From assembly GCF_006345805.1 (NCBI RefSeq), contig NC_042998.1:64046001-64110000 (forward strand): a stretch of DNA of 64,000 bases, in the 5' to 3' direction. A program made the translations under genes and the position numbers. Of the stretch, positions 41,286 through 53,844 are shown piece by piece; positions within the stretch are counted from its first letter, which is position 1; the number at the start of each line of letters is the position of its first letter. Source of the DNA: Octopus sinensis. Its lineage: Eukaryota. The notes beneath the pieces were generated by a model, which saw only the letters and a list, made by a program, of their open reading frames with translations, made no database searches and was not told where the DNA came from.

Positions 41286-42009
41286 TAGGAATGGTTAATA
41301 CTTTCGTCCAATTTTCATTGTGTATTTCATTTTTTTCCTCTCTGATGTCAACGATCAAACGAAGAAACAGAAACGTGGTGATCAACATATTACACCGCAC
41401 CCCCACAAAGCAAAACTAAAAATGTACAAAATAATACGCTTTAGTTACCTTAAACAAATAAAATAGAGAATACTTATTTAATTGCAAACTAGAGATTAAT
41501 AACACAGCCATTTTATCTCAGCCAAGATAAAAACTTGTCGGTATGAACGAAAACAGCGGTTACATCAGTGTAAAATTGCGTATCAACTTGGGTGCAAACA
41601 GAAACAGCGAGCAAATTGAATTTTGTTAATTATTTGCTCAACAAACATTCTCGGTATTATTGCAACATCTGTGTACGTAAGATCAAAAGCTTGAACATTT
41701 TGTGCATCGAACTGGGGCCAGCACACAAAAGTAATTAAAAAAGAACTCCGACTGTGGCGAGAGTGCTGAAAATAATGGACTATTGCTTTGCAAAAATTAG
41801 AAGGGTCTTCTGCGTCAGCCAAGGTCGGTTTGGAAACAACCAAGTCAGAGATTTTAAGTGGTGTACTTGTTTTTAAGTATACCAAGGGATTTATTTCACT
41901 CCATATTTATTTTTTAAATTAGTAGACGGGTTGAAAACCGAGCCTATATTGTAAATGAAGCATCATAGTCTGGTTTTGTAGTTTCTGTTATGATAATCAC
42001 AATAGTCGT

Positions 42010-42530
42010 CAACGCTAAGTTATGGGGACGTAAACACACCAACATCGGTTGTCAAGCGATGGTGGTGGGACAAACACAAGCACGCAAATATATACATACA
42101 TATTAGGACAGGCTTTTTTCAGTTTCCATCTACCAAATTTACTCACAAGGCTTTGGTCGGTCCGAGGCTATATAGTAGAAAACATATAGTAGAAAAATTA
42201 GGGAGGCGAGCTGGCAGAAACGTTAGCGCGCCGGGCGAAATGCTTAGCGGTATTTCGTCTATCGCTACGTTCTGAGTCCAAATTCCGCCGAGGTCGACTT
42301 TGCCTTTCATCCTTTTGGGGTCGATAAATAAAGTACCAGTTTCGGACTGGGGTCGATGTAATCGGCTTAATCCCTTTGTCTGTCCTTGTTTGTCCCCTCT
42401 AAGTTTAGCCCCTTGTGGGCAGTAAAGAAATATATATAGTAGAAAACACTTGGCCAAGGTGCCACGCAGTAAGACTGAACTCGGATCTATGTAGTTGTGA
42501 AGGAAGCTTCTTACCACACAGTCACATATT
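42010..42530 (-). mobile_element. Family B SINE interrupted by a family A1 SINE
   Basis: B sequence resumes after the insert at ...TAGTAGAAAACACTTGGCCAAGGTGCCACGCAGT. Confidence 0.88.
42202..42430 (+). mobile_element. SINE family A1, full length, nested, with target duplication ATAGTAGAAAA
   Basis: Collinear with 14211-14441. ATAGTAGAAAA occurs twice before and once after the insert. Confidence 0.92.
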
Positions 42531-43687
42531 AACGTTAATTTTAATGTGTAGTTAATATGGATAAAAATAATAAGCAAATTAGCTAGTTAAGAAAATCTTT
42601 GTAAAAATAGAAGCACTATCTATACTTACATATAACGTTTATTGCCACTTAAACATGGTTGTTCCGTAGGTATCGACATTACTGCTATTTTTAACCGGAA
42701 GAGAAAACCTCCTCCAGCTGGTTTTGACCGGTCAGGTGGTCTCGTGGCTGGAAGCTTGTAGAAGTCCACTCCCCTGCTCGTAATATATATGGGGTGCAGA
42801 ATGCATCGAATACCCGGCTGGAAGAGACGTCCTTCTGTGGTTAAACATAGCAGTAACGACGCTCCCTATGGAAGAGCTATGTTTAAGTGACGATAAACGT
42901 TGCTTCATAGGAATAATTATCATCATTAACATCATATTTGTCATTGTCATAATCACCACCACCTTCATTGAAATTATCTCCAGTATCAGCATCCCTGTTA
43001 TCGTCATCATCATTATTTAATATTTACATTTTCTTCTTCCCTTTCAAAATTTGCAAATATAATAATATAACGCTCTTCATACCAAATCTGTTTAGTGCAG
43101 TCAATTTTGAAATTTCGGTTTTTGGTTCTGATGTTTTTTAGAAATTTCTCTAATTTGTAGCGCAATACTTTTTTGAAAATTTTCCCTCGTTATCCTGTCG
43201 TTTTTTGGGTATCTTTTTTGTTTCTCTTAGAGCTGTAATTAGTTTCCTTTACACAACCGGTGTCGATTTTGCTGTCACAAAATTGTTCAGATAAGAAACA
43301 GCTGCAAGTAATACACAAGGGATGCAAACGGCTGAAAATCTGTGCAGATGGCTTATTCTACAGAAAAGTTTAATTTGCTTCCACATTGCATGAATAATGC
43401 TTTCTATCTAAACCTATGGACAAAAAGGCATGTTGTTATATATTACATGTAAGCGCACGTTATGATATACTCAAACACATGGCTTCTGCTACACAAATCA
43501 TATATATTTTCTTAACTATATTGGATATATTTTCTTAACTATGTTGGATACAACCACATTCAAATAGTTATGTAAATTCCTGGTTTCAACAGTTCTTCTG
43601 GTCAACGGTGCCATTTATATTTTTGGTAACAAACTGATATACTTCAAAGATATACGAACTCCATGGACTGTAAAACTCCACACTTAC

Positions 43688-43693
43688 GTCTGC
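43688..43693 (-). CDS. Candidate 6-nt microexon (GCAGAC)
   Basis: TTTCATAACCTTTACATTTAG|GCAGAC|GTAAGTG; frame-preserving; could arise by chance. Confidence 0.2.
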
Positions 43694-44011
43694 CTAAATG
43701 TAAAGGTTATGAAATAATATCAGATATAGCTGAATGAATATTAGAATTTATATCTATATGAGGCTAGGAGCTTTCTTTTTTGAACATAGTTTTTAAAAGT
43801 TGGTGTTGTTATTATCCCTGTCCTTCCGATAGTCTTAGTGTATATTTAGCACTTGTGAGACATAACCTATTATATCTTTTATCGGAGTCACTGAAGACAT
43901 AATTACATCTTCATTTGTCAAAGAGTAGACACAAATTATGCTATAAGCCAGTATAACTTCCCTATCTAAATAATTACTTTGATATTTGATGTATTTTGTG
44001 TCTATCTCTAG

Positions 44012-44119
44012 CACAGAGATGAGTCAGTTGCAGACCTTCTAGATGCTTGTGAATCAACCATTGGGACAATACTTGTGGCGACAGCCATATTTGTTATAGA
44101 TCTAGTGATCTTAGTATAA
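44012..44119 (+). CDS. Candidate terminal exon with hydrophobic C-terminus (unidentified)
   Basis: Acceptor TTTTGTGTCTATCTCTAG, then HRDESVADLLDACESTIGTILVATAIFVIDLVILV*. G-rich first and AT-rich third codon positions. The antisense frame is also open, so a decayed LINE is an alternative. Confidence 0.3.
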   Translation, partial: HRDESVADLLDACESTIGTILVATAIFVIDLVILV

Positions 44120-44646
44120 GCACAAATTATGTATAAATGACATTAAAGGATTTCATGATGACGATTTATTATGCTATTACCACCGAGACCGTGCTTTTCT
44201 AAGTGATACTTCGCTCATAGAGAACATTTGTTTCGATAAAACTGAAATAAACACGCATTTTTCACCTGTTGTGTCGTCAATTATAAATGACTTACAAACT
44301 TATTTTGTCCATTTCAGTAAAAGAAATGATCATAACCAAATTATGACGATTTCTATTGGATATAACTTTCAGGAGGTGTACTAAAAATGAAAAATGCCGC
44401 AACAAGTTGGGATGCACGAATGCAAGAGCATCTATATGCATTCAGTTATATGAACAATAACTACGATTTTATGATGAAATAAATTCCTGGCTTAGGTTTA
44501 CTAAAGCTACCGAAAATTTAGAATAACAGTCCCAGTTATCTGCTCAAAAATTGGAGTTATATTTGCCATTGCTGTGACATAATATCAGTGTGTTAACCAG
44601 ACTGTCGAATACTTAGATTAAAAGTAATATATATATATATATATAT

Positions 44647-44951
44647 CACGTGATCACGTGACCGACCAGGCTATCAGATGTTGCTACACATCGCTGGTCA
44701 CAATGCGCTTCGCATTGATTTAGCCATCAAGTGACGCCACCTCTCTGAATAACCGAGCAGGCCAAAAGGAGAAAAGTGAGAGAAAGTTGTGGCGAAAGGG
44801 TAGAGCAGGGATCGCCACCATCCCCTGCCGGAGTCTCGTGGAGCTTTAGGTGTTTTAGCTCAATAAACACTCACAACGCCCGGTCTGGGAATCGACACCG
44901 TGATCCAACGACCGCGAGCCCGTTGCCCTAACAACTGGGCCATTGCGCCTC
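44647..44951 (-). mobile_element. SINE with family C-type head and tail T3
   Basis: Head GGAGGCGCAATGGCCCAG...GTGAGTGTTTATTGAGC; tail ...GATGTGTAGCAACATCTGATAGCCTGGTCGGTCACGTGATCACGTGAT. Confidence 0.88.
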
Positions 44952-45093
44952 CACACACACACACACACACATATATATGTGTGTGTCTGTGTGTGTCTGT
45001 GTGTGTGCGTGTGTGATTCCGACTGTATATAAACTCGAAATTCATAGATCCATCTTCTCTGCTATGTTTTAAAGTTCCTATTATTATTTTTAT

Positions 45094-45135
45094 CTGCACT
45101 GATGAGTAATTTGATATTTGCAAATTCGAAACTGT
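45094..45135 (+). ncRNA. Solo hammerhead core remnant
   Basis: CUGAUGA-G-(U)AAUUUG/CAAAUU-C-GAAA is intact, but stems I and III cannot be completed. Confidence 0.3.
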
Positions 45136-45558
45136 ATTTATATCTATATATGAAACGATTATATGCATGAATACACTTCTTAAAATTTTTAACATCTTAA
45201 CTCCTCCATTTTTAACAAATATGGCTGGATTTGTAGAACTTCACTCCGTAAATTAATCATGCACTTAATATACCAATAGTACTTTTCATATCAACGCCAA
45301 TTTACATCATTAAATTCTCAGCAAAGTATGAAGAATCAACGTTAGAAATGTTTTTATAAACAACTCCGATTAACGTATGAATCCACATTCAACCTTCAAC
45401 ATCCGTATATATGTGCATGTCTATATGTGTACAAACATACATATATACATATATACATACATATATATATATATATATGTATATATATATGTATGTGTGT
45501 TATAATATCCTCACTCATATTATTATTACCATTATTGGGAACCATAATTATATATATA

Positions 45559-45602
<44 letters not shown>

Positions 45603-45651
45603 GTATGTATGTATGTATGTATATGCATGTATATATGTATCTACATATATG

Positions 45652-46377
45652 CATATATAAAATAGTGTACATTTGAACACAAATAGAAATTATCTGTAAC
45701 AGGCAGTTTCTACACTCGAGGAGATAATCAAAAACGACCAAAGACCACAAAAAAAATTTAGAAATTTCAAAAGAATGAACAAATAAACAAGTTCTACCTT
45801 GTTTTTACAGTTATACCTATAGGTTTCAGATTTTTTTAGAAAATAAAATAAAATAATTTAATTTACGAGGCAAATCCTCTTCAGTAACCGAGCCATCCAA
45901 GACTAACCTATAATTATGAGACCAATAGCACATGTTCATCTTTATATGTTATACTGTTTTTCAAAATCCACTACGCAAGCGTAGTTTCCCTCGACAGAAA
46001 GTGATAATGCCGAAACGATCATTCAAAAGCTAATATCGATACTTAGATATCTATATAGGGTATTAAAAGTTTTACAAATCTTATTACTAGTGGTCTAGCA
46101 TGCATAAAAAGTCAATAGACGACAATTGTTTAAATATAAAATAGCGTAAGTTTAAACACAAAGGGAAATTACCTGTAACACGCTAGGAGACGACCGAAGA
46201 CCACAAAAAGAGTTTTAGAAATTGCAATGGGAATGAAAGTTTTATTTTTTCATTCCCTTGGACATTGCTAAAATTTTTTTGTGGTCTCCAGTCGTTTTTG
46301 ACTGTCTCCCAATGTGTAGAAATTACCTGTTATAGGTAAATTTCTCTTTGTGTTTAAATACACGCTATTTTGTATTA
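45652..46377. repeat. Direct-plus-inverted repeat complex ending in a palindrome of about 245 bp (46133-46377)
   Basis: Arm AAATAG(C/T)GT...AACACAAA...GAAATTA.CTGTAACA...CGACC.AAGACCACAAAAA occurs at 45655 and 46133, and inverted at 46250-46377. Central GGGAATGAAA/TTTCATTCCC stem. Confidence 0.8.
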
Positions 46378-47355
46378 AGAACTATGTCGCCTATGCAGCC
46401 CAAAAGTGGGTTTCGATTTGCTGGAATACTCCGCATAAAGTCCAGACCTCGATTCTTCTGTCTATTGTTCCTTCGAACACGAAAACGTCCTTTACAAGAG
46501 CATCGATTTGCTACAGCATAAATAGCAGCTCGAACATCTGTAACACTTCTTGTAAGGAATAAACAATCTTGTAGATCGCTGAAAAGAGAAGATCGAAAAG
46601 TAAGAAGGCTATGTCGAAAAATTATGTAATTTTTCAACCCCTGCATTTGTTGTAACAAATTATAGAAACAACAGTGCATTTATTTATTTCTTTTTACTTC
46701 GATTCATATATAGGTGTGTGTGTTTGTGTGTTTTATATTAATTTTAAGGGAAAACCACAAAATTCATTGAACATAAATGACATATGTAAGTATATAACTA
46801 AAATTCCCCCCCACACATATATGCATACGTTTATGCATGCGTGAACTATGTACATACTACACACACAGTTACACACTATTTATACAGACGCACACCTTTA
46901 GAAACATGCGCTCGCACATATATTCATATATGCATGTGTGCAGGTAAGTGTTTTATATATATATGTATGCAAGTTATGGAACTCCGATTTAAACTAAGAG
47001 AAAGTTGCTTTATAGAAGACAATCCGTTTAAGAAGACGTAATAATACATCTCTTTCTCTATCCCTCTCTCTCTCTCTCTCTCTTTAGTGATATGTAATCT
47101 GTCACGGAACATGTGTGAATTCTGAGTAAATTTTATTTACGTGCACTTCGTTTTCTATAGTCAGGGTGTATTTCTTAAATGAGACAAAAGAGATGAACAA
47201 ATTAAGCATAATTTTCTCATGTATGAGACACATCAATAATTTATATTTTAAATCGATTTTCATTATGACATGTTTATTTTCTTGTGGCAATATATATATA
47301 TATATACATCGGTGTATATACGGACTATAACATATTCAATAATCCGATATATTTA

Positions 47356-47486
<131 letters not shown>

Positions 47487-48619
47487 AAGCCGTGTCATTA
47501 ATAACCTCGATATTGTATAAACATTATAGAACACTAACAATCGTTCGATTTTATGACGACTCAATTTACAGATAGTTATTCAGTTTTAGGTAAGAGAATG
47601 TCAAATACGTCATGAGATGCACCATTTTCTCATATTATATGGCGTATGTTATTTCAATTATGGTGATATATTGAAAGGATGAAGAGCAATGATGCATCTA
47701 TATTATATACTTAAACCAATTGTAAATATATCCTTGTTCGTAAAATAAATCCAATTATATTTTCATTGTATTCTTGTATAGCATCAATATAACAAGGAAC
47801 GTCTATATTTTATTAAATATTCCTTTCTGGAAATAACATAAATTTCATTATTCTGAAATTAAACTACATAGATGTTAATATTGCTATAATAAAGGAACTA
47901 AAACTGAAACATAATATGTTATCCTTCATAATTTCGTTTAAATTATATAAGACCTAAATGCAAGTAACAGAGTATGAAAATGATCATAAACAGTTGACAG
48001 GAATATGGTATAGTATATTGATTGCAGCTATATTATTGATTAAACAGTCATCGCAATATACAGCGAATATGCGTACGAAGCGCAAATTTATATCAATAAT
48101 GTGCTTACAATTTTAAATACCTTCCATTTGAAACAGATGCATCTGATAACAGCTGCTGCAAACGATAAAATGAAAGAGTAAGTTTCTTGGAAGTATCACC
48201 ACAGACATTTTTGGCGTCTACTGCAAACAAAATCCCACTCTGTATCATGCAATAAACTTTTCAAGAGTACATCCTACGTGAAAATATAGATACTATATGC
48301 GTTTTCTAACTTTGAATGAATACATTACTAGATTAGTAAATATTATTGAAAACTATAAAGTCAAAATTTAACTTTGTGAATTTTAAACTAAGGTAATAAA
48401 ATATATACAGTTAGCCAAACACATGCAGACACACACCAGCACGCTCCCCCCTCTCTCTCTCTCTCATACACACACGCCTATATATAGGCGGTATAGCTGC
48501 ATTCAAATGACTGAGATATAAAAAAACAAATCTATATATGGATCTTGCAACGCAAATTCATATATATATATGTTGTTAGTAGTTCGTATATCCGAAAAGG
48601 AAGCACATTCTAAAATAAT

Positions 48620-48750
48620 CTTTTTTTACTCTAGGAACGGGTGAAAGGTAAAGTCGACCTTGGTGGAATTTGAAAACAGAACGTACCGATAGACAAAATA
48701 GTGCTAAGCATTTCGCCCGGCGTGCTAACGATCCTGCCAGCTCACCACTT
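48620..48750 (-). mobile_element. Family A2 SINE with internal deletion
   Basis: TACTCTAGG...AAAGTCGACC...GCATTTCGCCCGGCGTGCTAACG...GCCAGCTC. Confidence 0.8.
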
Positions 48751-49435
48751 TGCACAATCTAACATATTACAGCAGTAATATATTTTGTAAAAAGTTAATT
48801 TTTATGATCGGTCATAGTTAGCGGTATAAGTATCTCATTATGCGCGTTTAGCTGAGATTAAGGAAGTTCTCATTACATTTCTTCCATATCCCCTCTTTTA
48901 TGCTTGCATTTATCGAATTCTGCTTAATCGGGAGTTTTATATGCGCTAGATAATGGGTTTAACATTTCACAAATATTCCTTTTCTTAACATTTCTGACGT
49001 AATCTGAAATAGACTTGCCTACACTAACTGAGCTACTCTATAAGGTTAAACAGTAATTTACTACAATTTGGGTTTGTGATATATGAAAATCCTTTACTTC
49101 AGGAATAGAGAAGAAATGACATTCGATAGACTCATATTATACTGCAGACATGAAATATATCAAATTCAGTAAGCGAATCTCATTTTTCTTCCCTGTTATA
49201 AGGTCACATATTTGTAATCCGAATTTCAGTAAAAAGTAATATTAGGCAGCGCTTTATACACGTATTTCGGTGAGAAATAAATGCATAATGTAAATTTCGT
49301 TGCGAAGCATTTGTAGAATATAAATATTCTTTTCAGAGTGATCTAAATTTAATTTTTCTTTTCCCTATTAACATTTTTATCACTTATAACTTCATTCTAA
49401 CCATACAAAATCTAACAAAGTTTTCCCGTCGATCC

Positions 49436-49437
<2 letters not shown>

Positions 49438-49531
<94 letters not shown>

Positions 49532-50205
49532 GTCGTCGTCGTCGTCGTTGTCATCGTCATCCTCCTTGACGTTGTCGTCGTCATCGTCGTTGTCGTCGTC
49601 GTCGTCGTCGTCGTCGTCATCATCATCAACGTCGTCGTTTAAACTCTGTTTTCCATGCTGGCATGGATTGGACGGTTTGATTGGGGATTGGCAAGCCAGG
49701 AGGCCGCACCAGGCTCCAGTCTGATCTGGCAATGATTCTACAGCTGTATGCCCTTCCTAATGCCAACCACTCCGAGAGTGTAGTGAGTGGGTGCATTTTA
49801 TGTGTCATCGGCATGGGAGACAGTCGGAGGTACTGGCATCGGCAACGATCGGATCGTGCTTTTTATGTGCCACCGGTACAGGAGCCAGTCGGGGCTGGCA
49901 TCGACCATGCTTGGATAGTGCTTTTACGTGGAACAGGCATGGGGAGCCAGTCAGGCGGCACTGTCAACAACCCATAAAGACGCCATTGGCATCGGCCACA
50001 ATTACAATTTCCATTTGATTATGATTTGATATTTGATATTTGATTTTGATTTCGATATTGCTTGACTCAAGAGGTTTAATCAACCACGCGTGGTCATCTG
50101 TCAATTCAGGTTTGGTTTTGCGACACTGATGAGCTCACGTTCCTTGCCGGGTTTTCTCACTTAAAGCATATCTCCAGCGATCTCGAATGTTCGTCAGTGC
50201 TTCAA
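49438..50205 (-). mobile_element. 3' end of an RTE-type LINE with expanded (GAT/GAC)n tail
   Basis: Minus-strand ORF end EALTNIRDRWRYALSEKTRQGT*, GC-richer 3' UTR, terminus ...AAACCGTCCAATCCATGCCAGCATGGAAAACAGAGTTTAAACGAC, then (GAT)n. Confidence 0.7.
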
Positions 50206-50498
50206 CAATAAAAAATTAAACACATGTATGATCCTTATTATATAAATAGGATAGAACATAATAATAGTATTAATAGCAACAAACACTACGAAAAAACCGT
50301 TGAATTAAAGCGAAGTTACTCTAATAAGTAGAAAAGGAATGAAAGGTAAAAATATATGCAACCATATTCTTATAATACGTAAACCTCCTGCGTTCACAAC
50401 GCTACATACTACACACTCACACAAACATGTATACGTACATGCACACAAACACACAAGCATATATGTATGTACATACTTATACATACAAACATATCCAA

Positions 50499-50531
<33 letters not shown>

Positions 50532-50542
50532 AGTTTTTTGTG

Positions 50543-50781
50543 ATCACATGACCGACCAGGCTACACGATGTTGCTACACATCGCTGGTTACAATAGCTCC
50601 GCATTGCTTTTTAGCCTTCAAATGACGCCACTCCGCTGGCTAAGCTAGCAGGCCACCAGAAAAAAGAGTGAGAGAAAGTTGCGGCGAAAGAGTACAGCAG
50701 GGATCGTAACCCCCCTGTCGGAGCCTCGTGGAGCTTTAGGTATTTTCGCTCAATAAACACTCAAAACTCTCGGTCTGGGAA
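50543..50781 (-). mobile_element. Second C-head/T3-tail SINE, 5' truncated
   Basis: Collinear with 44647-44890. Confidence 0.85.
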
Positions 50782-50792
50782 TATATACATAT

Positions 50793-50831
<39 letters not shown>

Positions 50832-50899
50832 CACTCCTACACACTCACAATTAAAAAGGAAAAAGAAAAAATGAAAAAAGTTATATAACAAATAAAATA

Positions 50900-52410
50900 T
50901 AAAAAATAAAAAAATTATGGAAGTTAAAACCCGGAAAAGCTTTGCAGGAGCATAGTAGAAATGTAGGTTCTGGCTGTGACCTTCCGTATTTTATGACACG
51001 TAGACATGATCCATAATGTTCAGTTCTTGAATTGAAACATGTGGTGGTGTCCAAAGTACTTTTTCCGAATAAACCATCTTTCCATATTACAAAGATCTCA
51101 TTTGCCACTACCGTTTGTATAAGATCTTGGCTAAGATCTTCCAGTAAATCTTGTTGTTGACACCTTGTTCTATTAAGTACCGGATAATTTGATACTTTTC
51201 CGTTTATTCCAGTATCTAAAGCTTAAGGTGTGATTGTCTAATCTTGCTTTGAGATTTCCCTCTGTGAGACCCATATATCTCTTGTGTTATTAGCGTTCGT
51301 GGAATTTACGGTGGCTTCATAAATAATGGCCTCGTTTATACAGGCTCCAGTTAGTGGGCATGTCTTTACCCATGCAGGAACAGCAGGCTTCCTGTAGTTG
51401 AATGCATTGTGTGCAATTATGCTTTTAAAGTTTGGGGTGGAACTAAAACTAATTTTTAGGTTATGCCTATTAAAAAGTTTTCTATAATTGTGATGTATTG
51501 GAAAATGTCTATCTACAAATAACAAGAAATATTTACCTATATTAAAGGTCACTTCGTGGGTGTAAGGATGGGTGAACGAGATAATTGTCACGTGTCTCTG
51601 TTTTCTTTTCTTTATTTTTGGACAAATAGCAGGTGTGTAAGGTATTTTCTCATCAAATCCACAAGCTAGCTTGAAGGGCATTGTTATAGAGACTGGCAGC
51701 ATTATTATTATTTTTTATATTTGAGGACTGGCTAGTAATGCTCCTAGTAATATTCTTAACTAAATTCTTAAACACTATGCTGGGGTGGGTCGCAAGAATC
51801 TACATTCAGATAAGTAAGTCTATCGTTGGGCGTTCTATAGAGTTTGTAAAGATTTATTTGTAAATCTAGAGGTACGTCAAGGAAATTGACAACCGTTAGC
51901 TTGGTGTCTATTGATTTTATGCTAAGAGTGAATGTCTTCATAAGATGGATAGTATTCTTTTTTACCGGATCTTGCGCTGGTTCATTAGTATTCTTAGTTA
52001 AAGCTAGAACATCATCCATATAAATAGTAAAATATACACAACGAAAAGTTTTTTCCTAACATGTCAAGCAGGAATAGCCCTATGAGATCGCACATGTCTG
52101 CTTCATCATATGACGCCATGCTCACATCGAAAGAACTATCTGTATCTGCTGTCTTGACCGGAGCTGGCATATGCGATCTCATTGGGCTATTCGTAAGTTT
52201 ATATATGTCTGAGGATAGGGGAAGCAGAAATAAAACTGGATAATGAAAGGATCACGTATACTAATGATGAAACCCTTGCCTTCAAAATCTAAAGGCAACT
52301 GAGGTATCGTAGAAGGCCTTAGTGTGAGGCCAACATTTACAAAATTTACACTTAAGGAAACGGACATTGTCCTTCGATAGCGAATCTCTTCGCAAAATCC
52401 TGACATTGAT
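50900..52410 (-). mobile_element. Decayed Penelope-like element: RT and C-terminal GIY-YIG region
   Basis: SFDVSMASYDEADMCDLIGLFL, YMDD, NFLDVPLDL, FTHPYTHEVTFNIGKYFL..DRHFP..HNYRKLFNRHNLKISFS, CPLTGAC..AIIYEATV. Resembles the GSYDGAE/YRDD-type PLEs (Nematis-like; clade not verified). Confidence 0.85.
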
Positions 52411-53564
52411 TGTAAAATAAATTGCAGAAATATTTATGCAACTTCAAATATTTTAGTCTCTACAGCATAGAGAAAGCAGCCATTATAGTCTAAATTATTA
52501 GTGCCTACACTTCCAAGTGTAACTTTATATCACATTGTTTGTAAATATCCTGAGGCCGAAGGGAGAAAATAACATTAAATACTATAGTTATTATTAACTA
52601 GCTGAAATGGGTGCTTATATCAGGTTATCAATATTCCTAGTATCGCAACAGTAAAGCAGCCTCATAAAACATCTAATATATTTTATATTTATACAACAAA
52701 TATTATTAACCTCGAATTATAATTAGTGTAAAACTGAAATCCTCTATCGATTGATTAGATATCAAGATACATTTTTGATTTCACTAGTCAAAAGCAACCA
52801 TTTAATTTAACAAAAATCTAATATATTTCGATTTTTAAATTTCAAAGACAGTTTAAAAAATTTCAAAATCGGATCACGTCTTCATCTAGATGGCACACAC
52901 AGCAAAAATTACAAAAATTACTGTTCCATTAATAAGTTCTATTTATAAAAATTAATCATAAATTTCGTGAAATCAGATCACGTTCCAGGCAGAGAGAACT
53001 AAACACAAGCTCTACTATAATTTATGTTAAATATGATGCGATACAATGGGACATAAGGAGATATTTGAGAGAGATATTCATAATATAACGGTACTTTTTA
53101 ATTGTATAAAGAGTGAGAAAATATTGAGAAATCAGAGCATTTCGAGTTGTATGTAATTAACAATGATTTTGTTCATATAATACGAATTTATAAACAAAAT
53201 TATATTAATATTATTGATAAATTCATAAAAAACACAAAACAAGATGAAGGGGATGTCTGAAAGATTTCCATATAGAAGGCAGTATACCGCTAAAAGAATT
53301 ACTCATCTAGGATAAAAGAAAATGTCAAAGATTGAAGTTACTTGAAGCAAATATGCTAGGAACTCTTTGGGAAGAAATTACTTAGAGCAGAAATAAACTT
53401 GGAAAAAATGATGTAGAGACATATACGCACACATATTCAGACACGGTGTATAGAAGGCCACTTGTCACTAGTAGAAATACACCAAATATCTTTTCCTTTT
53501 TCTTTCTCCATCTCCAATATATGTGTGTGTGTATGTGTTTGTGTGTGTGTTTGAGTGTATACAG

Positions 53565-53840
53565 TTACAACGACAAGGCTTCGAGTTGATCCGATTAACG
53601 GATCAGCCTTCTCGTGAAATTAATGTGCAAGTGGCTGAGCACTCCATAGACACATGTACCCTTAATGTAGTTCTCGAGGAACTATGTTAAGGGTACATCT
53701 CGGGGAGATTCAGCGCGACACAGAGTATGAAATGCTGCCGCCCATTTGAAATACAGGTTCATAGGAAACAGTGAGAGAAGGTTGTAACGAAAGAGTATAG
53801 CAGGGTCCGCTGCCATAACCACTGGGCCATCACACCTTCT
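53565..53840 (-). mobile_element. Family C SINE with internal deletion and a 20-bp inverted duplication
   Basis: Tail T1 and head CACTGGGCCAT present; palindrome at 53654-53698. Confidence 0.8.
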
Positions 53841-53844
53841 ATAT

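Noticed and set aside
49412-49732. Poly-Asp/Met ORF
   Set aside because: It is the expanded (GAT/GAC)n tail of the RTE fragment.
50121-50200. CTGATGAG...CTCGAAT...GTC as a hammerhead
   Set aside because: It has GAAU instead of GAAA, stem I cannot pair at the cleavage site, and it is antisense to the RTE ORF end.
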